From Balanoglossus misakiensis (taxonomy: Eukaryota; Animalia; Hemichordata): a stretch of 64,000 bases of DNA. Positions 47,001 to 59,287 of this stretch are shown one piece after another; position 1 is the stretch's first letter, and every line of letters begins with the position of its first letter. The translations under genes and the position numbers were made by a program. The notes under the pieces were generated by a model. The model made no database searches. It saw nothing but the letters and a program-made list of their open reading frames with translations, and was not told where the DNA came from. Location: positions 10,366,894 through 10,430,893 of the forward strand of contig CM082589.2 in the NCBI GenBank assembly GCA_040954595.2. Direction: 5' to 3'.

Positions 47001-47266
47001 CTCAAAATTTCGTCAATTTATGAAAAAATCATGGGTGAAAATCATCAAAAAATGACAAATTTTCGTCTTTGCAAAATCTCAAAATTTCGTCGGTTTTTGA
47101 AAAATAATATGGGTGAAAATCATCAAAAAATGACAAATTTTTGACTGCAAAATCTCAAAATTTCGTCGATTTTTGAAAAAAAACATGGGGGAAAATCATC
47201 AAAAAATGACAAATTTTCGACTTTGCAAAATCTCAAAATTTCATCGATTTTTGAAAAAAATCATGG
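41028..47266. repeat. 78-bp satellite, right block, with ~695-bp (9-mer) higher-order units
   Basis: Same monomer as the left block. Identical variant strings at 44156 and 44851; blocks at 41163 and 42214 also repeat. Confidence 0.97.
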
Positions 47267-47689
47267 CAGGTGTCAAAGGTATCCCCCTGTATTTGGTATT
47301 TCATGATAGTTTCATCCCTCCAAATACCAAAGCTGCACCTGTACAACGGGATGAGATATGGCACTGTATGACAGAGGTCATCAAAATCACCTTATACATT
47401 TGGGCAAAAACCAACTGACACTTACATTCGTCCCTGTGGAACAAAAACCACACCTATCGCCCTGTTGGTTAGTGTCCAATTAAATGTACAAAATCAATGA
47501 CTTAGGCAGGTGCAACAGGTGACCCCGCCTTTGGTATATCATTATGGTCCCATCCGTATATGCCCCCCTGTGACCGCCAAAGCTTTTCCGTAATATTCAA
47601 AAGTCAGAGTCGAGTTTCCATATACGGGTCTTCGGTTTATTATCGATAAATCGATCGAGCGATCGCCGAAAGCGACCGTACGAGACTGT

Positions 47690-47910
47690 ACACAATAGTC
47701 GAAAGACTTCGAAAGACGAGATGTGCGCAGACCTCGATGCGAATAGGCCAAATAGACCTCGAGAATGACCGAGACTGATTCGAATAGACCGAATAAACCG
47801 TGGTACGAAAAGACCGAGTAAACCGAATAGTCTTAGACCGTAATAGACCTTGTCTCGAATAGACCAAGACCGAATGGTATAGACCGAGTAAACCGTAAAC
47901 CGTAAAAACT
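47690..47910. repeat. Degenerate short tandem repeat (gaatagacc / agaccg-like)
   Basis: Recurrent cgaatagacc and agaccgagtaaaccg. Confidence 0.55.
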
Positions 47911-48643
47911 GAAACATAAATACAAATACAAAATGTCAAATCGAAAGAATTACATATACGAAAATCGAGAATGATTTCAATCGAAAACAGATATGTGCCA
48001 TCAGTGACAGTGTGCATTCAACGTCTTATAACTAAGCATGAATATACGGTGCTGGCATAATGTGAGTGTGGCCATACGATGCTTTCGCTATTAATGAACA
48101 ACTTGTACGTTAACAAATGCCAGTTTTGTTGGCAAAAAGTATGTTTTTGGCTTTTCACAACATTGAACATACATTCATAGTTCAATAACTTGTGAGTTGT
48201 GGACCTAAACGTTCATACGTTCAATGTTCTGGTGTTTTTTTAACGGAGCGATCGGTCACGATGTTACCAACGAGCATGTACAGTCTAAACTAAATCCTCG
48301 TTGTGTATGTTTCTTTGTTTGTTTTTTGTTGTTTTTTACATGCTATTACATACAAATATGAAAAGTTTCATTTCAGTTATTCATTAAAATGCAAACATTT
48401 GCCAAAAAACATGTGAATAGACACCTCACAGGCCATAGTCGTATCATTAGCTTTCAATTGTCAATTTTAGCATGACATCGTGAGTAATTGAGCTAATTTT
48501 GCATATTTTCCATGCTGCACCTTGTCTGACAAGGTAATCGATTGCATATTTGAATTCCTTGACCCTGAAAACATTGCAATAGACACCTCATTAACACTGT
48601 TGGCTCTCTTTTGTAGACCATTGATTTTAGATGGGCGTGTCAC

Positions 48644-49349
48644 CTAATTAACATAAATTAGCATTTTTACCAATTCACCAAACGTTTCTAAATTTAAAAA
48701 AATGCTTAAAATATTTAAATGAATATAAGAATATGATTTCAATAGACTATTATGGTGTTGACCTGTGATATTGCACCATAATGGCTACAAACAGCGTTTT
48801 CTTTTAGGTATTTTGAAATTATGACGTCACAAATTAATTTGCCATTTTCGACATGAAAACGTGAAAAGAATTTTTGGGAACAGGCAAATTCGAAATCAGC
48901 GTATTCGAAATATCCAAAAACAACTTGTTCCCAGCTTGTACCAAAAAAATGAATGACATGCTTTTAAAATGCTCATTTTCTGAAATTTCCACCTGGACCT
49001 AATTAACATAAATTAGCATTTTACCAATTCACAAAATGTTTCTAAATTAAAAAAATTGTTTAAAAATATTTAAATGAATATAAGAATATGATTTCAATAG
49101 ACTATTATGGTGTTGACCTGTGATATTGCGCCATAATGGCTACAAACAGCGTTTTCTTTTAGGTATTTTGAAATTATGACGTCACAAATTAATTTGCCAT
49201 TTTCGACATGAAAACGTGAAAAGAATTTTTGGGAACAGGCAACTTCGAAATCAGCGTATTCGAAATATCCAAAAACAACTTGTTCCCAGCTTGTACCAAA
49301 AAATGCCTGACATGCTTTTAAAATGCTCATTTTCTGAAATTTCCACCTG
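48644..49349. repeat. Two-copy ~355-bp tandem duplication
   Basis: ctaattaacataaattagcatt...gaaatttccacctg occurs at ~48644-48995 and ~48999-49349. Confidence 0.9.
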
Positions 49350-49353
49350 ACTA

Positions 49354-49496
49354 AACGTTCGACCACACACACCTTTCATCCCACATGCAGACACGAGAGT
49401 GAAAAACTCGCCAAAATGAATAATCGGTCTCTACCGTTTATTCATTTGGGCGAGATTTTGACTCTCATATCCTACAAACATGTGTGGTCGAACGTT
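49354..49496. mobile_element. Palindromic hairpin, MITE-like
   Basis: Outer arms aacgttcgaccacaca / tgtgtggtcgaacgtt; inner arms gagagt..ctcgcc.aaatgaataa / ttattcattt.ggcgag..actctc. Confidence 0.65.
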
Positions 49497-50351
49497 GATT
49501 CACTATATATACACAGGGTGTGTTGAATCAAACATAATCAATGGAAAGGGGGCAGCGAGAGAGAGACTTTGTCCCTTTAAGGTAAAAATTAATTAATTAG
49601 GCCTATGTAATCATCATAAGGCAGTATGTGCCTCTGGACAGACTTGACAAAATGATAATGCTCCAAACCTTTCTATTCTTTTGTGAGGAGAGATTTGTTA
49701 TCAAATAATAATATTCACATCTTGTTATCATAGAAATCATGAAAGCACTTTTTGATTCAAAAAGTATAATTTGATGTAGCCCTAGAATGTATCTTCTGCC
49801 AATTCTTTACTATTAAACACGTGATCTGGCCATGTAACCCACGGCGTTGTCATTTTCAGATATTTCGGCAAAAGTTTTTCGGAGTATGTTTTTACTTTAT
49901 AACCGCCAAATACACAACATGTATCAGGTATGGGGCCTCATCAACCTCATTGCATTTCGTCTGCACAGTATTTGTCTGCACCACGTTGCTGAAGTTGCCC
50001 GTCATCTGGAAATTTGAATGCCAACGTAACTGCCGTCTGAGCACGTCTGACATCATTTGATATCGAAGAATCTCTTTCCCTTTTTGTGCAAAATCACATG
50101 AGTCTGAGAAGGCGAAATGTTTATTCCCCTGAATAACTGAACCCATTGCTAACACATAATACTAAATCGGTTCGACTTAACTTTCCCTTTAAGGCGTTCA
50201 AAATAACGCACAACGTATCAAAAACATGCAAAGTAATACACATGATATACAGCACCATCTTAACTCATTTTTGATGTTTGAAATAATTTGCACAATTTCT
50301 ACCCTCCTTATTCACAGATATCAACGGGCTGCCTGCGGATTCAAGGTTGTT

Positions 50352-50977
50352 AGGTCCCATTGGTATAGGCATATATACCATGGGACCTTATGGGATCGGT
50401 TGCGTCTGCATGTATTTATGTATGTATGTATGTATGTATGGATGTATGTCTGTATGTCCGTCCACATCAAAAACTTGAAAACCACTGCGTGTATCACCTT
50501 GATATTTGGTGTGCCAGATGCAGGCTGGGCTGTAGATGGGAGTTTGTTCAAATGAAATTGTCATTGCCCAAAATATGCAAATTAGATGGAAAATGTGAAT
50601 TTGGTCATAACTCAGTAACCCAAGAACTACTGGTCAGATTGCTTTGCGAAGTGGTGTGTATTTACTTTATTTTGTTGTTTATATACACAGCAAATTCCTG
50701 AATGATTACATAACTGGCTAAGTTTTAAAGAGGCCAGCTGTTCTATTTAGTGTATGTACAGTACATATGCCATTGGCAGCTTATGGGTCAGTCAGTGCTC
50801 GCCCATTGATCTCTTGCTGTGTGTGTATGTGTGTGTATGTGTGTGTGTGTGTGTGCGTGAGTGTGTTTGTTTGTGTGTGTGTGTGTGTCTGTCTGTCTGT
50901 CTGTATATGGCCATATACTCCGGTGTAGACTTTTTCTTGTGTATTCCCTCAATGGGACCACTGTGTCCTTGACGCGA
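50352..50977 (+). mobile_element. Non-autonomous Helentron derivative (HINE/DINE-1-like), ~630 bp
   Basis: 5' tt-aggtcccattggtataggc.tatataccatgggacct, (TATG)n and core shared with 41027-40720; (GT)n; 3' aatgggaccac.gtgtccttgacgc-T run. Confidence 0.9.
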
Positions 50978-51659
50978 TTTTTTGTTCAACGAATGAAATG
51001 AGGAAGTGACGCAATTTCCGGTTGATAGCCAGCATTGTGTCTATTATAGTGAAAGTCAGATCTCATAAAAGGGAACTTATCAAACAAGGGTAATACATAC
51101 AATGAAAATAACGCTGCATCAACAAATACCTAAAGTGAGGTCCGCATTTTACGGGAGATGTTGCCATTAAAATTGAAATTCGAGTAATGGAGATATCATC
51201 GCTTTATATATGTCTTTTAGATTACTGTACTTCATTCAGCTATGTTTAACTGCCCAGTTGATGGCAAATACCATTTTGGATATATATTTTTTTCTTTGTG
51301 AAATAAATATCGATGAACAAACCTTTAACATGAAAAGAATTGCCCTACCCATGGATTCGGGTTGAATTTGCCCATATAACGATATAAGGTTTCATAGAAA
51401 AGGTCCGATGGTAAACAACATGTTTGAATGAACCGCCCATACTACACGAAAAACTGTAACGTCACAATCACGTGATCTTTTGTTTACTCTAACAACAACT
51501 AACTGCGCAAGTAACGTCACATTGTATGGGTACGTACCCATAAAATGTATTATTTCATTTTTTACATACTGAACCATGACAACTGACCAAGTCACTCACG
51601 AGTTGTTTTATTTTGGCAAGTAAAGTATTAAACAAGTTTATTGTTCAGCTCAAAAATAT

Positions 51660-52405
51660 ACATGTCAAGTTTGCAGCTGCCTATGGATTTGAACATGTCA
51701 CATCAAGTCCAAGATACCCCAAATCTAATGGCATGGCAGAAAATGCAGTCAAAAGTGCAAATTTATCGCTTATGAAGAAAGCCAAGCGAAATAACAAGGA
51801 TCCATATTTAGCTCTGCTGGATCATAGAAACATACCACGTGACAGTCAGTTGGGATCACCTGGGCAGAGACTCATGGGTAGGAGAACCAAAAACACTCTT
51901 TCCAACCAGCGAGATTTTGCTGAAGCCCAAACAAGTTGAGAATGTAAAGCCAAGCCTAGAAACATTGAAACAAAGACAGAAATAATATCATGACCAGCAT
52001 GCCAAACATCTGCCCAGTTTATCAAACGATGAGTTTGTGAGGATGAAGACACCCAAAGGATGGAAACCAGCAGTTGTACAGTCCAGAGCAAATACACCAC
52101 GATCATATATTGTCGAGTCAGATGGACACATGTACCGTAGAAACCGCCGTGACCAGGAAAACAAAAGAAATGCCAGTTGTTCCAGATGTCGCTGATGACC
52201 ACCTGCTTGTAAAGCATTGTCAACCACCTGCTGTTGAAGAAACTACGCCAGATGTAAAACCTCTCAAAGAGATGACGGTAACCAATCCTAACTCGGTTTG
52301 TAGCAGTATGACGCAAGCAGATGCCACAGGCAACCAGTCAGTGAAAACCACTTCCAGAGGACGCGTTGTGAGAAGACCAGTAAGATTCCAGGACTATGTA
52401 GACAC
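51660..52405 (+). pseudogene. Gypsy integrase C-terminal fragment (different family)
   Basis: GFEHVTSSPRYPKSNGMAENAVK, DPYLALLDHRN, SPGQRLMGRR and TTSRGRVVRRPVRFQDYV, with frameshifts. Confidence 0.82.
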
Positions 52406-52408
52406 TCA

Positions 52409-55400
52409 ATGTGGAAAGAACTGATTTCGGAGTTTGTTGAAAGAAATACACGAACATCGCGAACATCGCACACATACACATGCACATACTACTTCTCCAG
52501 CGACGATGCAGACAGCAGACATGGCGACGGGAAGAAACAGGTAGAGAAACGGAACGCTCCGCGCACGAGGACGAGGAACAGGCTTCTCCAGCCATCGACT
52601 ACCGCCAGGACAAAAGGTAAAAGAATAAAAAGTGGCGCCAAGAGGAAACCAACAGACAGGGTTCTCATGTACATACCATGGCCACACAAATAAATCCGAG
52701 ACCCCAACCCGCACAAACCAGAGGCAATTACTTATGATGAATTGACTTTACCACAGCTGGTATCGGGTGAACTGAATCTATCTATATATCTACCTTACTG
52801 GCCAACTTCAACATATTGAAGGCTTTGCCAGTGAGTGCACCCTATAGTACAGGACATCAAAAATGTCAGTTTTCTGGTTTGGTGAAGTGTAGTGCCAAAG
52901 AAGATTTGAAGGATTCATGTGACATCATATTAGGGATGAGTTTAGATAATGCTTCCACTGTCAATCGTTTAGCAAACTTGCAAAACATTGTCACTGACGC
53001 TCAGTTGTATTCTTGGGAGAGGGTCCGTAAATACCACTCAATAATTATTTTACAATACCTTGAGCAGGGGTTGTTGGTGTGGGGCGACGATTTTGACAAC
53101 CTGCATACCAGATTCGTCAGAAACCCTCCCCAAATTAGTGTGGATCAACCAGTTAAGCCTAGCGCTAAGAAAAACCGTCACTCTCGCTATTGCTCTGCCT
53201 TTCAAGATCACAAATGTAGCCAAATCTCTGATCATGTAGTGGAGGGCAAATTGGAAAAGCATGTCTGCTCCGCCTGTTTGCGCTTTAGGCATTAGGAAAC
53301 ACGGCATGCTTCCACAGAATGCCCCTTTAACGATAAAGAATTCAGGGACGAAACACCAAAAAAACCCAGGGAATGGCCTGCAGCACCAGGGGGAGAGGGG
53401 ATTTTCCAAGATGTAGCAGAATCTGGCTCATGTAACAGTATAGCTGATCAGCCTTTTTGTTATGTAGGTTTTTCACCTGACCTTTCAAACTTTGTAAATG
53501 GTGTAGCTTTTGATGCTCACAATTTGTATTGCCACATTTCTGTACTTTTCGACTGTGCCCTCTCGCATCATGTTCTAGCAAAGGCTATATCAGGTACCAA
53601 GACCTTCCAGTACCAGGAATTTTTAGTACCCACCGTTGTTGACACTCCACTTCTTCCAGTTATTCCGGCCTGGGTCCCCCCACACACGACTGATTGGCCC
53701 CCATGTTCGCCAGTTTCACACGAGTAGGTCCTACAAGCGCACAGGACAGTTTTCACTTCCGGAAAACCAAACTTTGCCGGAGTGCGTATCCCTGTTCCCA
53801 TTGCACTAAACATTCCAGCATGGCGAGCCAGACTTCCTGACAGGCACAGCGGAATTATAGTTGACTTTCTTGAATTTGGTTGGCCCATCAATTTCACTGG
53901 TAATTGCTTGCCACTTGCTAGCAGGCGCAACCATAGATCCGCCTTGCAATTTGCTCACCATGTTGATGCCTTCGTTAGCACTGAAGTTAGTCTAAAGGCC
54001 ACCGCTGGACCATTCGCATCTAACCCACATACTATGCCAGTGGCTACTTCCCCGCTCTCCTCAGTCCCGAAGAAGGGGTCTCCGTATAGGCGTATTATAA
54101 TGGATCTCAGTTTTCCCATCTCTAGTTCTGTCAATGCAGGTTTTTCAGCATTGACCTTCCTGCAGCAGCCTTTCCAGCTCCGCTACCCCAATATTGACAC
54201 GCTGGTCGCGATTATCAGAGATTTGGGTCCCGGTTGTCTCTTGTTTAAACTAGACTTGAGTAGGGCTTACAGACAATTGCCAGTGGATCCCCACGACTTT
54301 CACCTGTTGGGTTATACATGGCGAGATTCGCTCTTTATTGATCTCCGTTTGCCATTTGGGTTGCGCTCCGCGGCGCTTGCATGTCAGGCCACCACGAACA
54401 CCGTGATTGCCATGTACCATAATCTGGGTTTTCGCGCAGTCAATTATTTTGGATGACTTTTGCGGCGCAGACACCCCTATACGGGCCCAGTCCGCCTTTT
54501 TAGCTTTGCGGTCTCTTCTCTCTGAATTAGGTCTACAGGAAGCCTTTGGTCAAGCTGTAACCCCCACAACTTGTCTCTCGTTTTTAGTCACAGAGGACAG
54601 GCTCACTGAGCTTTCAGAGCTTCTTGCTCATTGTTCAGGCAGGAAAAATGCCACTAGACGTCAGTTGCAGGTCCTTATCGGCAAGCTTTCATTTGTCTCT
54701 AGCTGTGTTCGTGCAGGCCGTCTTTTTATTAGCCGCATGCTTGACACGCTACGTTCTGTCCAGTCAGCGCGGCATCACATTTACTTAAACGTGCAGTTCC
54801 AGAAAGATATCAGTTGGTGGATCTCTTTTCTTAGGCAATATAACGGCGTTTCGATTATTCCGGAACTGGTCTGGTCCACACCTAACAGCGTTATTTGTAC
54901 AGATGCTTGCCTTTCAGGATGTGGTGGAATCTCAGCCTCACAGTATTTCCATGCCCCATTCCCAGATTTTGTCTTGCAGCAGCAACAGCCTATCCATTGC
55001 CTTGACATGCTCACCATCGTAGTGGCGGCCAGACTTTGGGGTGACAAATGGACAGGCCTGCGCATTCTAGTCATCAGCGACAACAGCAGCATGGTACAGG
55101 TTCTTAACACCGGCCGCGGTCGCGACCCCTTTCTCATGTCAGCCGCGCGCGAACTTTGGTTTATTGCAGCGACACATCAGTTCGAGCTGAAAGCGCGCCT
55201 ATCTTCCTGGCGCTCAGAACAGCATTGCCGATTGCTTGTCACGCTGGCATTTGGACCGCAAGTACCGCGACACCTTTGCCTCACTCACAGGAGATAAACT
55301 TCTTGAAGAAACTCGTCCTTCAGAAGCATTGTTTTCACTAAACGTCTTATTTTAATTTATTTGCAGCTGTGCAGCAAGATCTGGAGTTATTAAGACAAGA

Positions 55401-55850
55401 GGTCAAGAACTCCCGGCTAGCAGCCTTTCGTCCCGGTACGCTCAGGAACCTGAATATTCAGTTCCGCTCCTATATAAGTTTTGCACTTCACTACGGTTTG
55501 TAAGCGGTGCCTACAACGTCCACGGTTTTGGCGCTTTATGCCCAGTTTCTTAGCAGGTCGTTTAGTAGTCCTGCATCCGTTACCAATTATATTGCGGGTG
55601 TCAAGACACTTCATATACTGACCGGCCACAGCCTGAAACCTTTCGAATGCCTGGGTTTCAAATTGGCGCTCACAGGCATCAGAAAAAGCAGTGTCCACAC
55701 ACCTTCTCAGAAGTTGCCTTTGACAGTTCCCATGTTGGAGGAAATTGGCAACTATTATTGATCTTTCCAACAAGTTTCATTTAACAGTTTGGTGCGCTGT
55801 TTTAATTGGCTTCTTTGCCTTTTTGAGGAAATCGAACTTGGTTCCTCCCT
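52409..55850 (+). mobile_element. Second, decayed Ngaro/DIRS-like YR retrotransposon family (gag, RT/RH, partial YR)
   Basis: DRV..WPH, CSAFQ..C..HVCSAC, LDLSRAYRQ, LPFGLRS, frameshifted YLDD, TDAC, AFRPGTLRN..QKLPLT..FLRKSNLVP. Multiple stops and frameshifts. Confidence 0.88.
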
Positions 55851-57476
55851 ATAAACCAAACAACTTGTTCATATTTACTGTATACTAAGTGTTATTTTTT
55901 CACAATTGGGAACAGGTACATCAAATACAAATAACAATGGTAGAGTCACATTATAATATTGTGAGAAATTACTAGTGTAAAGAAGAGTTATACATGGCAC
56001 GGTAGGGGGCTCACTTTTTATGGGAAAGTAACAATTATAAAATCCTTGGTCAATTCACAGTTTACTCATCTTTTCATGTCTCTACCATCTCCTGGTAATG
56101 ACTTCTTTAAAAAGTATGAAACTTCAGTTTTTAGTTTTCAATTTTTTGTGGGGTGGTAAGCGAGACAAGATTAAGAGGAATACCATCTACAATTAATATG
56201 TAAATGGGGGTCTCAATTTGACAAATTTGCCTGCCTTTAATTTGACGCTAAAGACAGCCTGGTTTTTGAGGATCATGTGAAACAATAGTTTATTTTGTAG
56301 TAAATGGTATAAATTTGTTCTTTCCAGTTTTGGTGGGCCCCAAGTGTATTATGCCAATTTAAAAAAAGATGATTTTCATATTTTGAACCCCATTAATTCT
56401 GTTTTCTTAAGACAAATTTATTCAGCATGGCTGCAGTATAATACCACTACAGTATCTGATAAAGACGATGTATGCCAAGAACTAATTTGCAATAATTCTG
56501 AGATACGAATTAGTGATAAGCCAATATTGTGGAATAACTTTTCAAGGAATGGTGTTATTTTTATTAATGATCTTATCGATGCTAATTGTAAGTTTTATAA
56601 TTATGAGCAGTTTACTACAATATATGGTAATATTTGTACACAATTTCAGTTATTATGTGCAATACCACTTGATTGGAAAAATATTGTACATAATTCACAC
56701 TCATCCAAACTACTGGTATGTAAGCCTAATTTTCGAAATCCCAATTGTTTGTCTGGTAAAAAACTCAATAGAGAGATGTACACTTTTGTTCTGAATTTAC
56801 AAACACCACAGGAGCTTTCTCCACACATAATACGTTATTGGTACGATGTATTTGATGAAGTATTTTCCTTAAAAACTGTGTTTTCGCTTCCTTTCAAATT
56901 AACAAATGATATTAAGCTTTGGAATTTTCAGTACAAACTAATAATGAAGATCTTGCCTTCAAACCGCATGCTTTACAAATGGCGAATAATTGACTCCCCA
57001 CTTTGTATTTTTTGTAAAGATGTTGTAGAGGATTATTACCATCTTTTTTGGGATTGAATTTATACTAGTCGGTTTTGGATTTCAGTGAAAGAGTGTTTTT
57101 TTACTGTTACACTTAATACACTAAGGTTAAGTGCAATGTACTGTATTCTGGGTAATATAGATGAGGGGGGTAGTCAACTTGCAAATTTCATTCTTTTGAT
57201 TGGACGTTCTTATATTTTTAAATGTAAAGTGCCGAATGTTTTGCCAAACATGCTTCAGTTTAAATCATATGTGAAATCTATTTATAAAATAGAAGATAAT
57301 GTAGCCACTACAAATGATAGACAGGGGATACATCTAGAAAAATGGGGAGCTTTTGTCAACTTGTTCGTTTATTAGTGTTCTTTTTGTGGTTTCTTTCTTT
57401 TTCTTGTCTTTGTCGACTTTTTTGTTTTTGTCCTGTATTTTTGAAATGAAAAAAAAAAAAAAAAAAAAAAAAAAAA
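55850..57476 (+). mobile_element. 5'-truncated L1/Tx1-type LINE with poly(A) tail
   Basis: LTFYGKVTIIKSL, WGGKRDKIKR, FQYKLI..ILP, CIFC...EDYYHLFW (zf-RVT), EKW; T-rich 3' UTR; A-run at 57449-57476. Confidence 0.85.
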
Positions 57477-58448
57477 GAAGAGTTATATGTATTCAGTTTC
57501 ATGTCAGTTTCTGACTTATACCAACAACAGTGTTTTCTCACATAAAATTAGGAATGATATGGATGTACTGTAATACTGTCATTGCAACTCGGTGAACACG
57601 TATTTTCATGCAGTTTTTCCAATCAAAACTGGAAATATAATGTAATGTACAAAACATGCTCTACTAAATAAACCTTATAACTTAAAACTTAAAAATTATA
57701 TCTTGTTTTGAATGAGCATTGTGCTATGTGATTTGTAGTCAGCTTTTGAATAAATTACATGTGATTTTTACATATACAGGAGAAATGAACAATGTCATTG
57801 TAATTATTTAAGGTATTAACTTCACATCTGATAGACAGGTTGGCAACCTCAGACTAAGTTCTTGGATGACTAAAAACTACAAGCAAATATTCAAACTCAG
57901 TGAATGTTCTCCAGACATGACATCTCAATGAAGCTAAGCTTAAACTACCATACTACACATGACTGAGTGTACTCCTTGCTTGACATGCAAAGTAGCTAAG
58001 TTGTTAAACATCAATTCTACAAAAACCTGACATTTTAACAAACAACAACAACACATACATTTACAACATTGACAATCACTGCATTTCAGTCTGCACTTCT
58101 CCTTGTAGTGGGGCAGTTAACCCAAAAATCGTGCAATTTGGGTTAAAAGCATGAAACTTGGTACACTTATGGCGGCCATTTTCTGATATGGATCTAAAAT
58201 GACACAGCCCTCTAGTGACCAGAAACAGATATCAAACTTTAAAATCGTGCACTTTGGGTTAAAAGCATGAAATTTGGTACAATTATTCATTGACCCATGG
58301 CGGACATTTTCCAATATGGATCCCAAAATAGCGGCCAGAAACTGACATTCACACTTCTCTCCCATTATTGGCACTTTTTGGTCAATTGTAACACTCAGAA
58401 ACAGGAATATGGGTTGTAAAACATACTTGCTTCCATACATTCCTCTGT

Positions 58449-58877
58449 ATATTATCCTAATTGTGATGTACATGTATCAGATCAATCTTGATGACATTCT
58501 CCTTTACAGTAACAAAGAGCACTGCTGTCAGACTAGACCTAAAGCACCTACAGGAACATGTGCATTACTTTTTACAACTGATTTCCTGAGGTTGACTCTT
58601 TTCTTGGGCTTGACTAAGAGTTTTCCAACTTGATTTCCAATGGGATTCTGTTGGTTTGATATAGCTTTGCTAGGTTTCTCATAGCACATGTTCTTTTAGA
58701 GCTGCCTGTGTAGAAGGAATATTCTCAAGAACCCTTGACTTTCTGGAGAAGAGATATTGTCTTACCCTTTGCATGACTTTGAGTATTCAACTGGTTCTGT
58801 TATACCGAAGAACAAATTGTTCAATTAGTAACATACAAGATTGATCTGATACATGTACATCAGGATTAGGAGAATAT
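58449..58877. repeat. ~42-bp inverted repeat pair around a ~345-bp spacer (MITE-like)
   Basis: tcctaat..tgatgtacatgtatcagatcaatcttg versus caagattgatctgatacatgtacatca..attagga. Confidence 0.7.
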
Positions 58878-59287
58878 TCAAAGCGATCTGGAGCAGATAA
58901 GATAGGATGATTTTCTCCCGGCCTCCAGCATCTGCCAACTCCTGTCTGTCACCTAATAATCTGACAAGTCATAATAAGGAGATTTTTCTTATTTGTGGTT
59001 TAAATAATACTGTACTTTTGGTAGGAGTTTTTGATACAGTGTGATGGAAAAGAGGAATCAGTGTTAATTTCTTTAGATGATTGTTGATTTTGTGACATTC
59101 AGGTTTTTTTCACTATTAAACATGTCACTTGATATGCTTATTTTTTTCATGAAAAATTTAAAACAAAACTTTAAAATTACATTAGAATTTAATGAATTTT
59201 GAATTATGGTTATCTCTTACATTATTACTACTTTTATAAATATTTACATCATAATGTGTCAATTCTTTTTATCTGAATTAATTAGAC

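Noticed and set aside
22379-47055. Repeated MGENHQKMTNFRLCK ORFs
   Set aside because: By-product of a 78-bp (26-codon) satellite, with frequent indels and no gene structure.
49577-50192. TTAA-flanked Kolobok/piggyBac-like non-autonomous element
   Set aside because: The terminal inverted match is too weak to support.
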